NCBI GenBank assembly: GCA_965208675.1
Contig: OZ242351.1
Location: 2,496,001 to 2,560,000 of the forward strand
Source: Candidatus Poribacteria bacterium
GTDB taxonomy: Bacteria; Poribacteria; WGA-4E; PCPOR2b
Direction: 5' to 3'
DNA: 64,000 nucleotides
Position numbers and translations under genes: made by a program. Every line of letters starts with the position of its first letter. Positions within the stretch are counted from its first letter, which is position 1. Of the stretch, positions 49,893 to 60,691 are shown one piece after another. The notes beneath the pieces were generated by a model. It did no database searches and was not told where the DNA came from. It worked only from the letters and a program-made list of their open reading frames with translations.

Positions 49893-52246
49893 TCATTCTA
49901 CGCCGTTGAGTTCTGGCAGTTTATTCGCATCAATCGCCACACGGAAACCGGTAAAGGACTGGCGTACGTCGGACGGACTCAATCCATTTCTTACGATGCT
50001 GTAGACACGCGCATCCATGCAGCGTACGTCGTCCGTATAATCCCGCCATGAACTACCTCGCACGACTCTACCGCGCAAACCGTTGACGCCGATACCCCAG
50101 CCGTCAACCCATTCACGGACATTCCCAGCCATATCGAGGACGCCATAGGCACTCGCCCCTGCAGGCGCGCTGCCGACATTTCGTGTACCGAATTCCACCA
50201 TTTGGGTTTCAAACAACATACTGCCTCCCGGTTTCTGCTCAACAGTGTAGCCGCGAAACACTCCATATTTTCCCAATTCTGCTTCCACTTCTGCTTCAGT
50301 TCTCCTGCCACTTAGGGTTGCCTTCGGCAAATAATTGCCCCAAGGATACGTCCTTCCATCAGTTCCTCGCGCCGCTTTTTCCCATTCCAACTCCGTCGGA
50401 AGCCGAAAACCTGCCCGTTGGCAGAACGCTTTAGCGTCTGCATAGTTGACTCCAACGACCGGCTGACTTGGCGCGTTGTACAGTTCATTATCCCAAAAGA
50501 CAGGCGCGGGATACCCCTTTGCGTCGATAAACCGCTTGTATTGAACGTTTGTCAACTCGTATTTGGCGATGTAAAATTCTCCTGTGAGCCGTTTCTCGTT
50601 CAATTCTCCGTAGAGAAATTCCCCAGCGGGAACGTAGACTAATTCAATCCCTTTGTGCTGTGTCTCCCTAACTTTATGCGGTTTGAGGGCGCGATCATCA
50701 TATGGAATCTGTATCCCACGCTCGTAGTCTTCGATTGAATAACGGCGGTCATTTCGTCCATCATACACCCACGTATTCGACGGCAGATTCAGGCTACGAA
50801 CGTCGAACAGCTCCTTCGGTAGATTGGCATTAATCTGGAAGTCTTCAAACGTAATCCGGATTTCCTCAATAACGTCATCGGGTTGTTCGGAGAGTCGAAG
50901 CGTTTCAACAGCGGTGCGAGGAAACCAACTTCCATCGGCAAACTGGCGATAGGTTATATCTAAGGTAACAAAATTGTTACTATGGCGAGTCTCCAAGCGA
51001 CGAGGACGATAGCCTTGTTCAGGGTCAATCCAAAACCGGCGTTCGCTATGATCAGTGGTTTGGACAACGTAACACCAACTATCCCCAATCTTTTCGTGCC
51101 CGATTACGTCCGTGCCGTGATGCTTAATATACTCACCAATACGAACACGCCTGTTGCCGATATACAAGTTCATCCCCCACGTAAAGCGAATCCAACTGGC
51201 AAGCGATAAGGTATACTTAGGCTCATGATGATCCAAATTAACGCTCACGCCTTGGTTGGGCTCAAACAGAATGTCCTTTTCACCATCATAAATCTGCTGT
51301 TTGCTGATATGCGGTTCGCCTTGCCACTGTAAGATGTCGTCTTGCCGAAAACGATTCTTAGCGAACGCGAAAAAATATCGGTCTGGGGCAAGAAACTGAT
51401 TCTTGATAACCAAATAACCCATCCCATTTCTGATTTTCTCACCGTTTTTCCGAATCTCCGCGACAAGCTCACCAAGCGTCGGAAGTTCGTCAGCATCAAC
51501 TTGAAGCGGCGTCTTATCGTCCTGCGCAATGGCGCCACCAACCAAGTTGACATTCCGATAAGAATTCGGTTCTTGTGAGAATTGGTTGTCACCCGTACCG
51601 ATTCCCAAGCTGACCATACAGAGAATCGTCAACCCGGCAAGCGACATTGAAAGCGGGGCGCTCCAACTTGGCTTTGTCGAAGGTTGATGGGGTATTATCC
51701 CTTCCTGTTGGATGGATTTCAGCAAATCGAACGTGAAAGTCCCTTTGAGCCGGTGTTCAGGCTTTTTGCGCGCGCAGATGTACCGAAATACCGCCCTATC
51801 TCCTTGCACGTCAATCCGTGCATGTAATGCAGCGTCAAAACTTGTTGATCGCTCTCTGACAGCTCCGCAATTACACTCCGTACTGTGCGTTTCAGTTCAT
51901 CGTCCTGATAAGACTCCGCCGCCTTCTCTTCCAGCGCTTGGGGCCTTACCCTGTCAATCGGCACCTCATGTTTTGCGCTTCTCGACATGCGCCGCATCCT
52001 ATCGCGGCAACAGTTCACCGTAATAGTGTAAAGCCAGCCAGAGAAATTATAAGGTCGTCGAAACGCGCCCAAGTTTTGATAGGCTTTAAGAAAGACCTCC
52101 TGCGTTACGTCTTCGGCATCGGTGTGATTGCCAAGTTTGCGGCGGGCGATTCCGTATACGGCAGCTTTGTGGCGATCAACAAGAACACCGAAAGCGGTAT
52201 CGTCCCCCGCAAGGGATTCCCGGACAAGCATTTCATCTCGATTCAC
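49893..52246 (-). pseudogene. ECF sigma-TM-LolA-like-FGE-sulfatase (SUMF1) fusion gene broken by a frameshift/deletion near 51760-51790
   Basis: ECF sigma from GTG 52246 (GAGGAGG RBS; DAEDVTQEVF, LTCKEIG) loses its last helix. Another frame continues EHRLKGTFTFDLLKSI, then a TM helix, then RLPTELEWEKAARG, YGVLDMAGNVREW and TGFRV. Confidence 0.7.
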
Positions 52247-52724
52247 GTAAAGTCCTCCTCGCAATTCACGCGCTCTATCATATAAAACGCCAAAGAAGCG
52301 GCAATCCTCACACAAAAACTGCATCGGCGGAGCCTGTGCATAAAATATTACCATTTCTCCACAAGAATGTGACAATATTCTGTAAGGATAAATCATTGTG
52401 TCTGTTCAAGCAGTACACACGGGAAGGTGTCCCTAGAATGAACGCGTTATCTTCATACGAAAATGGTATAATGATTGTCTGATACGGGAGAACCTATTTT
52501 ACAGTTGTGGGTTTGTATCACACAAAACAATTACATGTCAGTACGGCGTTGACTATCCTGCACTAAAACTGGAATTGAGCAAACGTCAATATCGGGCGAT
52601 CGATAGAGAAGATGTCGCGCTCCTTGAGATAAGTGTTTCACATTGAGGTGCGCATAACGTTCAGTCGCACGGTACGCAATAGGCATACATTTTTTGGAAG
52701 GTTGATAAAAAGAGGAGATACGCT

Positions 52725-54584
52725 ATGGGTAAATCCGCTTGGCAACAGATTCATGACGGCGTCTTTATGTTTCAGGATAGTTGCTGCGTATACGCAGTGC
52801 AATGTCCTCGGGGGACAGTTCTAATCAATGCAGGAACGGGTCTAGCAGCGAACCATCTCGGCGAGGTCGTTAAAAATGGGCCGCTGACGGTTCTGCTCAC
52901 CCATCATTTTAGGGACCATTCGGATGGCTCAATTCGCCTGCATGCAGCCGGGGCAAAAACATTGGGGCCTTACTGGGACGCAGAATACTTCTTGGACCCC
53001 GAACAGCACTTCCGCGAACGGCAAATCTGGAATTCGTACGACAATCGCTGGGACCGGTTCTCGCCAGTTCGCCCAATACCGGTTACAGACTGGATGATGG
53101 ATTACGAAACGCGAAACATCGCGGGTTTAGCGTGGAAAGTTATTCCCACGCCGGGCGTCACGAATGGAGCGAGTAGCTACCTCGTCACGCTGAACGGACG
53201 GCGATTGGCTTTCGTTGGAGAAGTAATCTGCGGTCATGGACGAACAGCTCGATTGGCGCCGCTCCAATACAACTACAATGACATGAGCGGGGCAGTGAAC
53301 CTCTGGCATAGCTGCTCTCGCTTGCTTGATGCCAAGCCAGACATGCTGCTGCCCAGCCTCGGCGAACCCATTGATAACCCGACCGGTGCAATTGGCGCCT
53401 TCAAAAAGAATCTCAAACGCCTGGACGAGATTGTCCCCGGTTTTACGACTGCACTGAACGAACCTAGCGAAGACGACATCGAACGAATTCTGCCCCACCT
53501 TTACCGCTCCAAGTACGGATCGGCTCATACGCATTTCGTCATCAGCAAAAGCGGAAAAGTGATGTCGCTGGATTATGGATACAACACCGCGGCATATTTA
53601 GCGCCGGGCAAGCAGCACGTATCTAATCGGCGTCCATTTCTACACGGACTGAGTGGGCTAAATAAACATTTCGGCGCCGATCGAATCGATACAGTTCTGG
53701 TTACACATTTTCACGACGACCATGTGAACGGTATACCGCTGCTTCAACGGCTGTTTGGTACCACCGTCTGGGCTGGGAGACACTTTTCCGACATCCTTGA
53801 GCAGCCCAACCGTTATGATCGGCCCTGCCTCTGGCACGAACCGATTCAGGTCACCCGGCACCTACCCGACGCTGAGACGGTTTACTGGGAAGATGTGCCA
53901 ATCACCCTTTACCCGATGTCCGGTCACACACGTTTTGCGACGCTTGTTTGCATGGAGATTGACGGGAAGCGGGTTGCGCATACCGGAGACCAAATCTTCT
54001 TCGATACGGAAGGTAAGGATTTTGAATCCGGAGCTAAGTTGTTTACCAACCACGTTTACAAAAACGGCCTTGATATCGGTTGCTACAAGCAAACACTGGA
54101 AGACCTTCGACGCTTTCAACCGGATTTGATATTGACCGGACATACAATGCCCTACCAAACCAGCGACGAATGGTACGAGGTGCTCGACCGCGGCGCCAAT
54201 GCGTTCGACGAAATCCACCAGTCCCTGATGATATTAGGAGATGGCGATGTCCATTTTGGCGCCGAGTCTCAGGGCGGGACGCTCAAGCCCTACCGTCTGC
54301 ACCTTCCGACCGGTGTAAGGGCAGAGTTTCAGGGATGGGTCCTTAACCCCTTTCCGTCAGCGTGTAAAGCGACGGCTAGATTGATCGGCGCCGCGGGCTG
54401 GGAAAGCGAATCCATTGAAATTGAGCTAAGCCCTCGCGAGCGGAAAGAGATCCAAATCTCTATTACAGCTCCGGCCGGCACATGCTGCAGACGTCAACCC
54501 ATCGGTTTGGACATAACGGTTGATGGACGCGCCTTCGGTCAGGTGGCTGAAGCGCTGCTCACCATTGGACATGCCAGATTTTAG
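52725..54584 (+). CDS. Tandem two-domain MBL-fold metallo-hydrolase
   Basis: THHFRDH and THFHDDH motifs, with SGHT and TGD in the second domain. Confidence 0.85.
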   Translation: MGKSAWQQIHDGVFMFQDSCCVYAVQCPRGTVLINAGTGLAANHLGEVVKNGPLTVLLTHHFRDHSDGSIRLHAAGAKTLGPYWDAEYFLDPEQHFRERQIWNSYDNRWDRFSPVRPIPVTDWMMDYETRNIAGLAWKVIPTPGVTNGASSYLVTLNGRRLAFVGEVICGHGRTARLAPLQYNYNDMSGAVNLWHSCSRLLDAKPDMLLPSLGEPIDNPTGAIGAFKKNLKRLDEIVPGFTTALNEPSEDDIERILPHLYRSKYGSAHTHFVISKSGKVMSLDYGYNTAAYLAPGKQHVSNRRPFLHGLSGLNKHFGADRIDTVLVTHFHDDHVNGIPLLQRLFGTTVWAGRHFSDILEQPNRYDRPCLWHEPIQVTRHLPDAETVYWEDVPITLYPMSGHTRFATLVCMEIDGKRVAHTGDQIFFDTEGKDFESGAKLFTNHVYKNGLDIGCYKQTLEDLRRFQPDLILTGHTMPYQTSDEWYEVLDRGANAFDEIHQSLMILGDGDVHFGAESQGGTLKPYRLHLPTGVRAEFQGWVLNPFPSACKATARLIGAAGWESESIEIELSPRERKEIQISITAPAGTCCRRQPIGLDITVDGRAFGQVAEALLTIGHARF

Positions 54585-54626
54585 AGATAACTCCCACTAA
54601 CCACAATAAATACGAGGCACACAGAA

Positions 54627-55703
54627 ATGAAAATTAAAAAGGGCAACATCACCAGCCGTATCGAACTCTCGCCGGGTGAGGATGTAGGCATCCATCCGAT
54701 TCACACCCTGAATTTTACCAATGTAGACGCCCTAAATATTCAGGACACCTCCGGATTCCCTTGGCTGCGCTTTTTCAAGGGTTATCAGCACTCTGAGCAT
54801 GACCCTTACTGGCATGAAGCCTATTTCGTTTCTAACGGGGGCTTTACGTTCTTGCTTAATCTGATGAACACGCGGGATGATAAGGAGGTGGGCATCCGGC
54901 TGTGGAAAGGCGACCATCCCAACCAGTGGTGCATCTTGATTCCGAGCCAGCCGGGGTACAAATTTGCCATCATTCGGGACGCGCTGATTGACGCTTTCGT
55001 CCTTGATGAGGACGGTAGGCTCATTATTGGAAGGCTTCCTCCAAACGACTACGGGCCGCCTGAAGGTAGATTTCACGTCAAAGGGATGATTGATGAAATA
55101 CAGGCTATCGTGGAGGCTGCCGCCTCGCAATCCGACGATATATTCGAGGTAACAAGCAACGGTAGAAAAAGTAAACACTTCGTCGTAAGTGCGGAAGGCA
55201 ACGTTGGCGTTGGGACGGGTACGCCTCGCGCTAAGCTGGACATCAGCGGAACAGCGCACCATACAGGTTTGGCGCAAGAATTTCTCTGCAACGGCGACCT
55301 AGAACCAGGGGAAATCGCGGTGATCGACACAAACGACAGGTTGAAGGTAAAGCGGTCCGAGAAAGCTTATGAGACCGCCATAGCCGGCGTCGTCTCAAGA
55401 AGTCCGGCAATAAGGATTAGTCCACAGCATAATGAGCGGACGGCACCTTTAACCCTGTTTGGAAGTGTTCCGGTCAAGGTGACCGATGAGAACGGCCCAA
55501 TTGAAGTAGGCGATGCGTTAACCTCCAGTTCAATACCAGGCTGCGCCATGAAATTCCGGTTGTTAGAAGCGCAAAGCGGAATGGGCAGCGGCGAAATCAT
55601 CGAACTCATCAATGAGAATGAACGGCGACGGAACGCAATTTTGGGCAAAGCGTTGGAACCTTTTACACAAGGCACCGGCGAAATAATGGCATTGGTATCG
55701 TAA
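54627..55703 (+). CDS. Hypothetical protein with a tail-fibre/intramolecular-chaperone-like C-terminus
   Basis: GNVGVGTGTPRAKLDISG, then AGVVS..P, G.VPVKVTDENGPIEVGDALTSSSIPG.AMK...ILGKALE. Confidence 0.55.
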   Translation: MKIKKGNITSRIELSPGEDVGIHPIHTLNFTNVDALNIQDTSGFPWLRFFKGYQHSEHDPYWHEAYFVSNGGFTFLLNLMNTRDDKEVGIRLWKGDHPNQWCILIPSQPGYKFAIIRDALIDAFVLDEDGRLIIGRLPPNDYGPPEGRFHVKGMIDEIQAIVEAAASQSDDIFEVTSNGRKSKHFVVSAEGNVGVGTGTPRAKLDISGTAHHTGLAQEFLCNGDLEPGEIAVIDTNDRLKVKRSEKAYETAIAGVVSRSPAIRISPQHNERTAPLTLFGSVPVKVTDENGPIEVGDALTSSSIPGCAMKFRLLEAQSGMGSGEIIELINENERRRNAILGKALEPFTQGTGEIMALVS

Positions 55704-55834
55704 GCGACCTCCCTCTAACCCAGCGAAGTTACATCCATGTAATGATTGTTTCTGCATTATGTGAGAAATACCAAGTTTCCTTGTTCATTTTTGTTTCAAC
55801 AATTTTCAAGGGTAACGCTGACTCCCTAAAGAGA

Positions 55835-55863
55835 TTGACAAAACCTTAGCGGCGATTTACAAT
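55835..55863 (+). promoter_or_regulatory. sigma70 promoter
   Basis: TTGACA-N17-TACAAT upstream of the 56028-59529 cluster. Confidence 0.55.
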
Positions 55864-56027
55864 ATGGTGTCGTTTCGATTTACAACCTAGCACATCTGAA
55901 TAATTTCAGTTACGGTTCATGTTTCAAAATTTACGTCTTTTCATTTTCACTAGCCAAAGATTAGAAGCCGCATGCAAATTCCTTTGCTAGTGCTCGTTCA
56001 GACATTCTACTTAGAAGGAAATGTACC

Positions 56028-56423
56028 TTGAGAATTGAATTTAAAATGCCATTCAAGATTTTGGCTCTTTTTATGGCATCAATAATGTTCAGTATGCCTT
56101 TTGTCACCCTTGCCCAACGGAATGTACAAGCAGAAGCAACAGCCGCTGCGAAACGAGATGCCCAAAATGATATAAATTCTACCCTATGGTGTTTGGGAGG
56201 CTGTTTAGGCGGTGTAATCGCGATCGTTATTGCCTATGCTGTTGAGCCAACTCCTCCGGCCACAAGATTAATAGGTAAATCACCAGAATATGTCGCTTTT
56301 TACACTGATGCCTATACTGAAACAGCCAAAAAGCGTCAGGCTAACAGTGCTCTAAATGGCTGTCTTGCCAACGCCTGTGCATCCATAGCATTAATTGTGG
56401 TTGCCGCAGCAGTTGATGATTAG
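56028..56423 (+). CDS. Small membrane protein
   Basis: Signal peptide plus two Cys/Gly-rich hydrophobic segments; GKSPEYVAFYTDAY. Confidence 0.6.
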   Translation: MRIEFKMPFKILALFMASIMFSMPFVTLAQRNVQAEATAAAKRDAQNDINSTLWCLGGCLGGVIAIVIAYAVEPTPPATRLIGKSPEYVAFYTDAYTETAKKRQANSALNGCLANACASIALIVVAAAVDD

Positions 56424-56467
56424 TCTTACCAATGGCTTACTCCAAGGAGCTTGGTGGCGGGTGATTA

Positions 56468-57211
56468 TTGACTCGTGCTGTCACAATACAGATGCCCAAA
56501 TCATCCAAACGTACAGTTGCATTTTTACTCATATCCATTTTTTGCACTTCGCTCCACGCCGATCAGTTAAAATGCCTCTCCTTGGATTTTGCACGCGAAT
56601 TAATCGAAAATGAAATAACGGAGCACACAACCGGCACCCTGCACTACGATGCCAAAACAACACGTGTTGTCGTTGAGGTTACGGAACCACTCAAGCAGAT
56701 AATGATTGTGAAGGACAACGTCCTAGAAATCTATTACCCTGTAGAGCAGCAGGCGTTTCGATTTATCTCTCCGGGACGAGTTCCGCTCCCGTTTGTGGAG
56801 TCCATAATCCAGTCGACACAAACAGAATTTGGGTTATCAACCATTGGGTATTCTCTTGACAAACACGTGATAGTGGATGACATGCTCTATACCTATTGGT
56901 CACCGCCTGAAAAAGCACGAGATAAAATCGGCGCTGTCATTCTCGGGATGCGCGATGAACGACTCCTTTCTACCGAAGTCAAAAACCCAAAAGGGGTTAC
57001 AATTGCAAAATCCCAATATCAAGATCACAGCAAAGTCGGAATTAACTTTATACCAATGACGGTTACTTCCAAGACGTATGGGGCAAATTCTGAAGTTTTA
57101 CAACATGAGCGAATAGTCTATAACAACCCACAAGTGAACGCGGAGAGGCGGAACCCGATATTAAATTTCATAATTCCGGAATCCGTACCAGTAAAGGTCG
57201 TTAAATGGTAA
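56468..57211 (+). CDS. LolA-like exported beta-sheet protein
   Basis: Signal peptide, G.L.YD....V.EVTEPLKQIMIV...IYYP, C-terminal F.IPE.V.V. Confidence 0.5.
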   Translation: MTRAVTIQMPKSSKRTVAFLLISIFCTSLHADQLKCLSLDFARELIENEITEHTTGTLHYDAKTTRVVVEVTEPLKQIMIVKDNVLEIYYPVEQQAFRFISPGRVPLPFVESIIQSTQTEFGLSTIGYSLDKHVIVDDMLYTYWSPPEKARDKIGAVILGMRDERLLSTEVKNPKGVTIAKSQYQDHSKVGINFIPMTVTSKTYGANSEVLQHERIVYNNPQVNAERRNPILNFIIPESVPVKVVKW

Positions 57212-57687
57212 CTTACCCCAGATTATCCAGATTTGTCGGGCGGGGTTCCTGTGTCTCAGCGCGAGCCTTACTTATAGTTCTCCTCATTGCATTCTGTTTG
57301 TCATTCGTTTTCCTCGTTTTTCCCACGCCTGCAGATGAAGCCGCCGACCTAGCATTCATCCGTAAAGCCAACCCTATCACAACTCCCAAACCGCAGGAGG
57401 CTGTCGGTTTTAATCTTCAGGAGACCTCGGAACTGAAGCTCGCCGCGGCTGGTCTGATTCGTTTGTATCAAAAATTTATCTCTAGCCAAGACGGTCCGGC
57501 GTGCAATTTCGTACCGAGCTGTTCACGTTTCGGCATGGGATGTATTCAGGAATACGGTATGCTGCGGGGACTATTGCTTACCAGTGACCGGTTGCTCCGA
57601 TGCAATGGTTCGGTATCGAGGCATTACTACAAAGATGATGCCACGGCTAAATACCTCGATCCGGTTTCAGATTATGCCGCGTGGTAA
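57205..57687 (+). CDS. YidD-family membrane protein insertion efficiency factor-like protein
   Basis: IRLYQKFISSQDGPACNFVPSCS...GLLLTSDRLLRCN...DPV; extra N-terminal hydrophobic segment. Confidence 0.8.
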   Translation: MVTYPRLSRFVGRGSCVSARALLIVLLIAFCLSFVFLVFPTPADEAADLAFIRKANPITTPKPQEAVGFNLQETSELKLAAAGLIRLYQKFISSQDGPACNFVPSCSRFGMGCIQEYGMLRGLLLTSDRLLRCNGSVSRHYYKDDATAKYLDPVSDYAAW

Positions 57688-57760
57688 TAGTTGTTTTGGC
57701 AAGACTCAAGTTTACATTCCTACTGGTCAACAGAAAGGGGCATGGTTTCGTTTCCATTGT

Positions 57761-58636
57761 ATGCGTCTACGGCGATTCACGCTCATTGTCCTCCTTTGCA
57801 CCACGCCCCTATCGGTTGCAACCGCTGAGAAGCACCGCGACTATTACAGCCCTAAGAATGTCCGTAAATTCGCCGATTTTTTATACGAGCAGGGCGACTA
57901 CCTTCGCGCCGCGAGTGAATTTCAACGCTATCTGTTTTATCAGCCTAGAGAAAGCGACAAAATATATTATCAAATTGGACTATGTTACCGTCTTGGCGGC
58001 AAATCTGAAAAAGCAATTAGGACATTTTCGACGTTTCTACACACATTTCCCGACAGCCAGTTGGTTAATAGTGCACGCTTTCAAATCGGCGTCGCCTATT
58101 TCCTCACGGAACAGTTTCAGCAATCTGTAAACTATCTGGATGCAGCACTGCCGCACATTACTGATTTACCGTCTCGTGCAGTATCGCTAGAACTAATCGG
58201 GCTCTCTTACCTGATGCAAAAGCGGTGGTTTGAAGCCAACAAAATATTCATTGGGTTGCAGGAATCGGATGTGGCAGAGGTCAGGGAGAGGGCAACACTG
58301 TACCACAATTACGCAATGCGGGGAACGCAATTGCCTAACCGCAGTCCGCTTTTGGCAGGAATTCTCTCAACGATTTTACCCGGCGCTGGTCGGCTCTATA
58401 CAGGACGCATCGGCGATACGCTGACCTCACTGTTTACTGTCGGCTTAACGGGCTGGCAAGCTTACGACGGTTTCAGAGAGAACGGGCTTTCTTCAGCAAA
58501 AGGCTGGGGGTTTGGTGCGCTCAGCGGAATCTTTTATGTCGGAAATATCTACGGCTCCGTAATATCGGCGCATGTTTACAACCGACACGCGGCGGACGAA
58601 TTCTTGGGGTCGTTATCCATAAAATTGTTGTATTGA
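57761..58636 (+). CDS. TPR (BamD-like) protein with C-terminal TM2-like membrane domain
   Basis: TPR helices, then SPLLAGILSTILPGAGRLY.G. The start is uncertain; the ORF is open from 57584. Confidence 0.7.
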   Translation: MRLRRFTLIVLLCTTPLSVATAEKHRDYYSPKNVRKFADFLYEQGDYLRAASEFQRYLFYQPRESDKIYYQIGLCYRLGGKSEKAIRTFSTFLHTFPDSQLVNSARFQIGVAYFLTEQFQQSVNYLDAALPHITDLPSRAVSLELIGLSYLMQKRWFEANKIFIGLQESDVAEVRERATLYHNYAMRGTQLPNRSPLLAGILSTILPGAGRLYTGRIGDTLTSLFTVGLTGWQAYDGFRENGLSSAKGWGFGALSGIFYVGNIYGSVISAHVYNRHAADEFLGSLSIKLLY

Positions 58637-58677
58637 GTTTTCCTTGACTCGTTGTTAGCTAATCAGTTGGAGTTGCA

Positions 58678-59529
58678 ATGAATTCGAGGCGCGTTGTATT
58701 TTCCCTTCTTGCCGCGGCGCTTTCACTTTTCTGTGGCCCCACAGCAACCGGGGAAGATACTCCGCTTTCTCTGGGATCCCATTTTTTTAAATTGGGCAAT
58801 TTTGATGCCGCTATAACTGAATACAAGCGTTTCATTTTCTTTCATCCGGATGATCCTCGTACGGCGGAAACATTCCGCAACATCGGCATCGCTAATCGAG
58901 AACAGGGTCATTGGGGTGAAGCCGTCGCTGCGATGCATGCGGCAGTACAACACGCTTCGAATCCGGAAGAAAAATCGAAATACCAACTGGAACTCGCCGT
59001 GATATTCATCGCTGCGAAGGACTACGATCTTGGACGGCTTGAGCTGATAAAGGCGAGGATGCGGAACCCATCCGCGCCGGTTCACCAACGCGCGCTTTTT
59101 TTAGAAGCCATTGCCTTAATTTACCAGTTTCGATGGACGGAGGCGGGTGAGGTGTTGCGGAACTATACCACGGATGAAAAGCTTGATACGCTTCTTGAGA
59201 ACGCGGTCAACTTGCCGCAGAAATCCCCTGGGTTAGCCAAAGTTTTATCGGCAATCCTACCCGGAGCGGGGCAAGTCTACGCAGGAAATTGGCGAAGCTG
59301 GTTAAACGCTCTCACCCTGAACGGTGTCCTCGGTTATCTCACAGTCGATGCAGTGCTAGACCGGCATTACATGGATGCGGCTTTGTGGGGAGGGGCTGTT
59401 TTCTCGCGTTATTACCGAGGCAATATCTTCCGCGCCGAAGAAGCGGTGAAGCAGTTCAATACCCAGCAGTCCCGCCGAGCATCCGAAGCACTCTTACAGC
59501 GACTGCAAGACATTGCTGACATTCGTTAA
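58678..59529 (+). CDS. TPR protein with C-terminal TM2-like domain
   Basis: AITEYKRFIFF TPR; KSPGLAKVLSAILPGAGQVY.G; paralogous to the preceding gene. Confidence 0.7.
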   Translation: MNSRRVVFSLLAAALSLFCGPTATGEDTPLSLGSHFFKLGNFDAAITEYKRFIFFHPDDPRTAETFRNIGIANREQGHWGEAVAAMHAAVQHASNPEEKSKYQLELAVIFIAAKDYDLGRLELIKARMRNPSAPVHQRALFLEAIALIYQFRWTEAGEVLRNYTTDEKLDTLLENAVNLPQKSPGLAKVLSAILPGAGQVYAGNWRSWLNALTLNGVLGYLTVDAVLDRHYMDAALWGGAVFSRYYRGNIFRAEEAVKQFNTQQSRRASEALLQRLQDIADIR

Positions 59530-59656
59530 AAAGTGCTATGCTACAGTTCCGAAAATTTCTGTGGGGCGTAAACGACAGATAGGATTGCAAAGATAAAAAT
59601 TACAAATCCTCAAGTATTTGTAGAATTAAGTTGAATACCCATAAGGAGGCTTCAAG

Positions 59657-60691
59657 ATGTTTCATCCAAAACGATTCTGTAGTTGCATGTTTGGCGTAGT
59701 TATACTCATTTATTCTGCTCTCCACGCATCCGCACAGACTAACGTCTCTTCACCTACCACTGCTGTTTGCTTAATCGGAGATAATCCGGGCATCGATGAT
59801 TCTGACGCACAGACTGCAGCGATGTTGGTGTGCGATGAGTTGCGCAAGCAGGGCATATCGGTCAGCGATCCTGTTTTCGAGGCGCCTGCTTCTGGAAATG
59901 TCTACCGCATTGTGTTACGGCGTCTAGGTGGGAAGGTTATTGTGCGCTTGAGTCAGGAAAGTCCTATCGGAACCGTTATCGCCGAACGGCAGATGACCTT
60001 AGCAAATATCGAAGAGATGATTCCCGCGGCGCCGCGGTTGGTTGATGCGCTCGTCCACCGCAAGCCAATTGATGCGACGGTTGACATGGAGAGTGTTGTT
60101 GAGCAGGAAGCGCGTGAACTTCGAAAGATATCCGGTGAGTCGCTTTGGAATTTCGGAGTTATCGGAATTTCTATCCCGGGCACAGATATAGTTGGTGATG
60201 CCGGATTCCAGTGCGGCTGGTATCACGAAACACCGTCCTTCGCCGCAGGTACTGACCTTCAGATTAGCGGAAACGGCCAAGACGAGAACAACGACGGTTT
60301 TCTCTTCTTCACTTGGTCGGTCGGCGGACGTTATTTCCTCGCCAAACAGAACATTTCACCCTATGTGGGCGGCGGGATCGCATTTGTCGCAGCCAGCTAC
60401 GATCCGCGAGAACCAATGACAGAACGAAAGGAAATTCCTAGACAACCACAGTTCAATGACGAGTGGTGGGAGGACGATTACTATTTCGAAGACGATTCCT
60501 ACTATTCAGAATCGGAAGAAGATACTGGCTTGGGAGTCTATGGTGTCGTCGGAATAGAAATGCTGCGACTCACGCAGAGCCGCCTAAACCTTGAATTGCG
60601 GGTGGATAGACCGTTCTTTTCGTTGCCAAACCAAGACATGATGCCGATAACGATTGGTGCTACCTTTTCTTGGAATTTAAATTTTTTTTAG
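59657..60691 (+). CDS. Exported protein with probable outer-membrane beta-barrel C-terminus
   Basis: Signal peptide, GGRYFL...SPYVGGG, alternating strands and terminal Phe. Confidence 0.6.
   Translation: MFHPKRFCSCMFGVVILIYSALHASAQTNVSSPTTAVCLIGDNPGIDDSDAQTAAMLVCDELRKQGISVSDPVFEAPASGNVYRIVLRRLGGKVIVRLSQESPIGTVIAERQMTLANIEEMIPAAPRLVDALVHRKPIDATVDMESVVEQEARELRKISGESLWNFGVIGISIPGTDIVGDAGFQCGWYHETPSFAAGTDLQISGNGQDENNDGFLFFTWSVGGRYFLAKQNISPYVGGGIAFVAASYDPREPMTERKEIPRQPQFNDEWWEDDYYFEDDSYYSESEEDTGLGVYGVVGIEMLRLTQSRLNLELRVDRPFFSLPNQDMMPITIGATFSWNLNFF

Noticed and set aside
49893-50650. Diversity-generating retroelement target (FGE-sulfatase/C-type lectin fold)
   Set aside because: No template repeat or reverse transcriptase is visible in the window.
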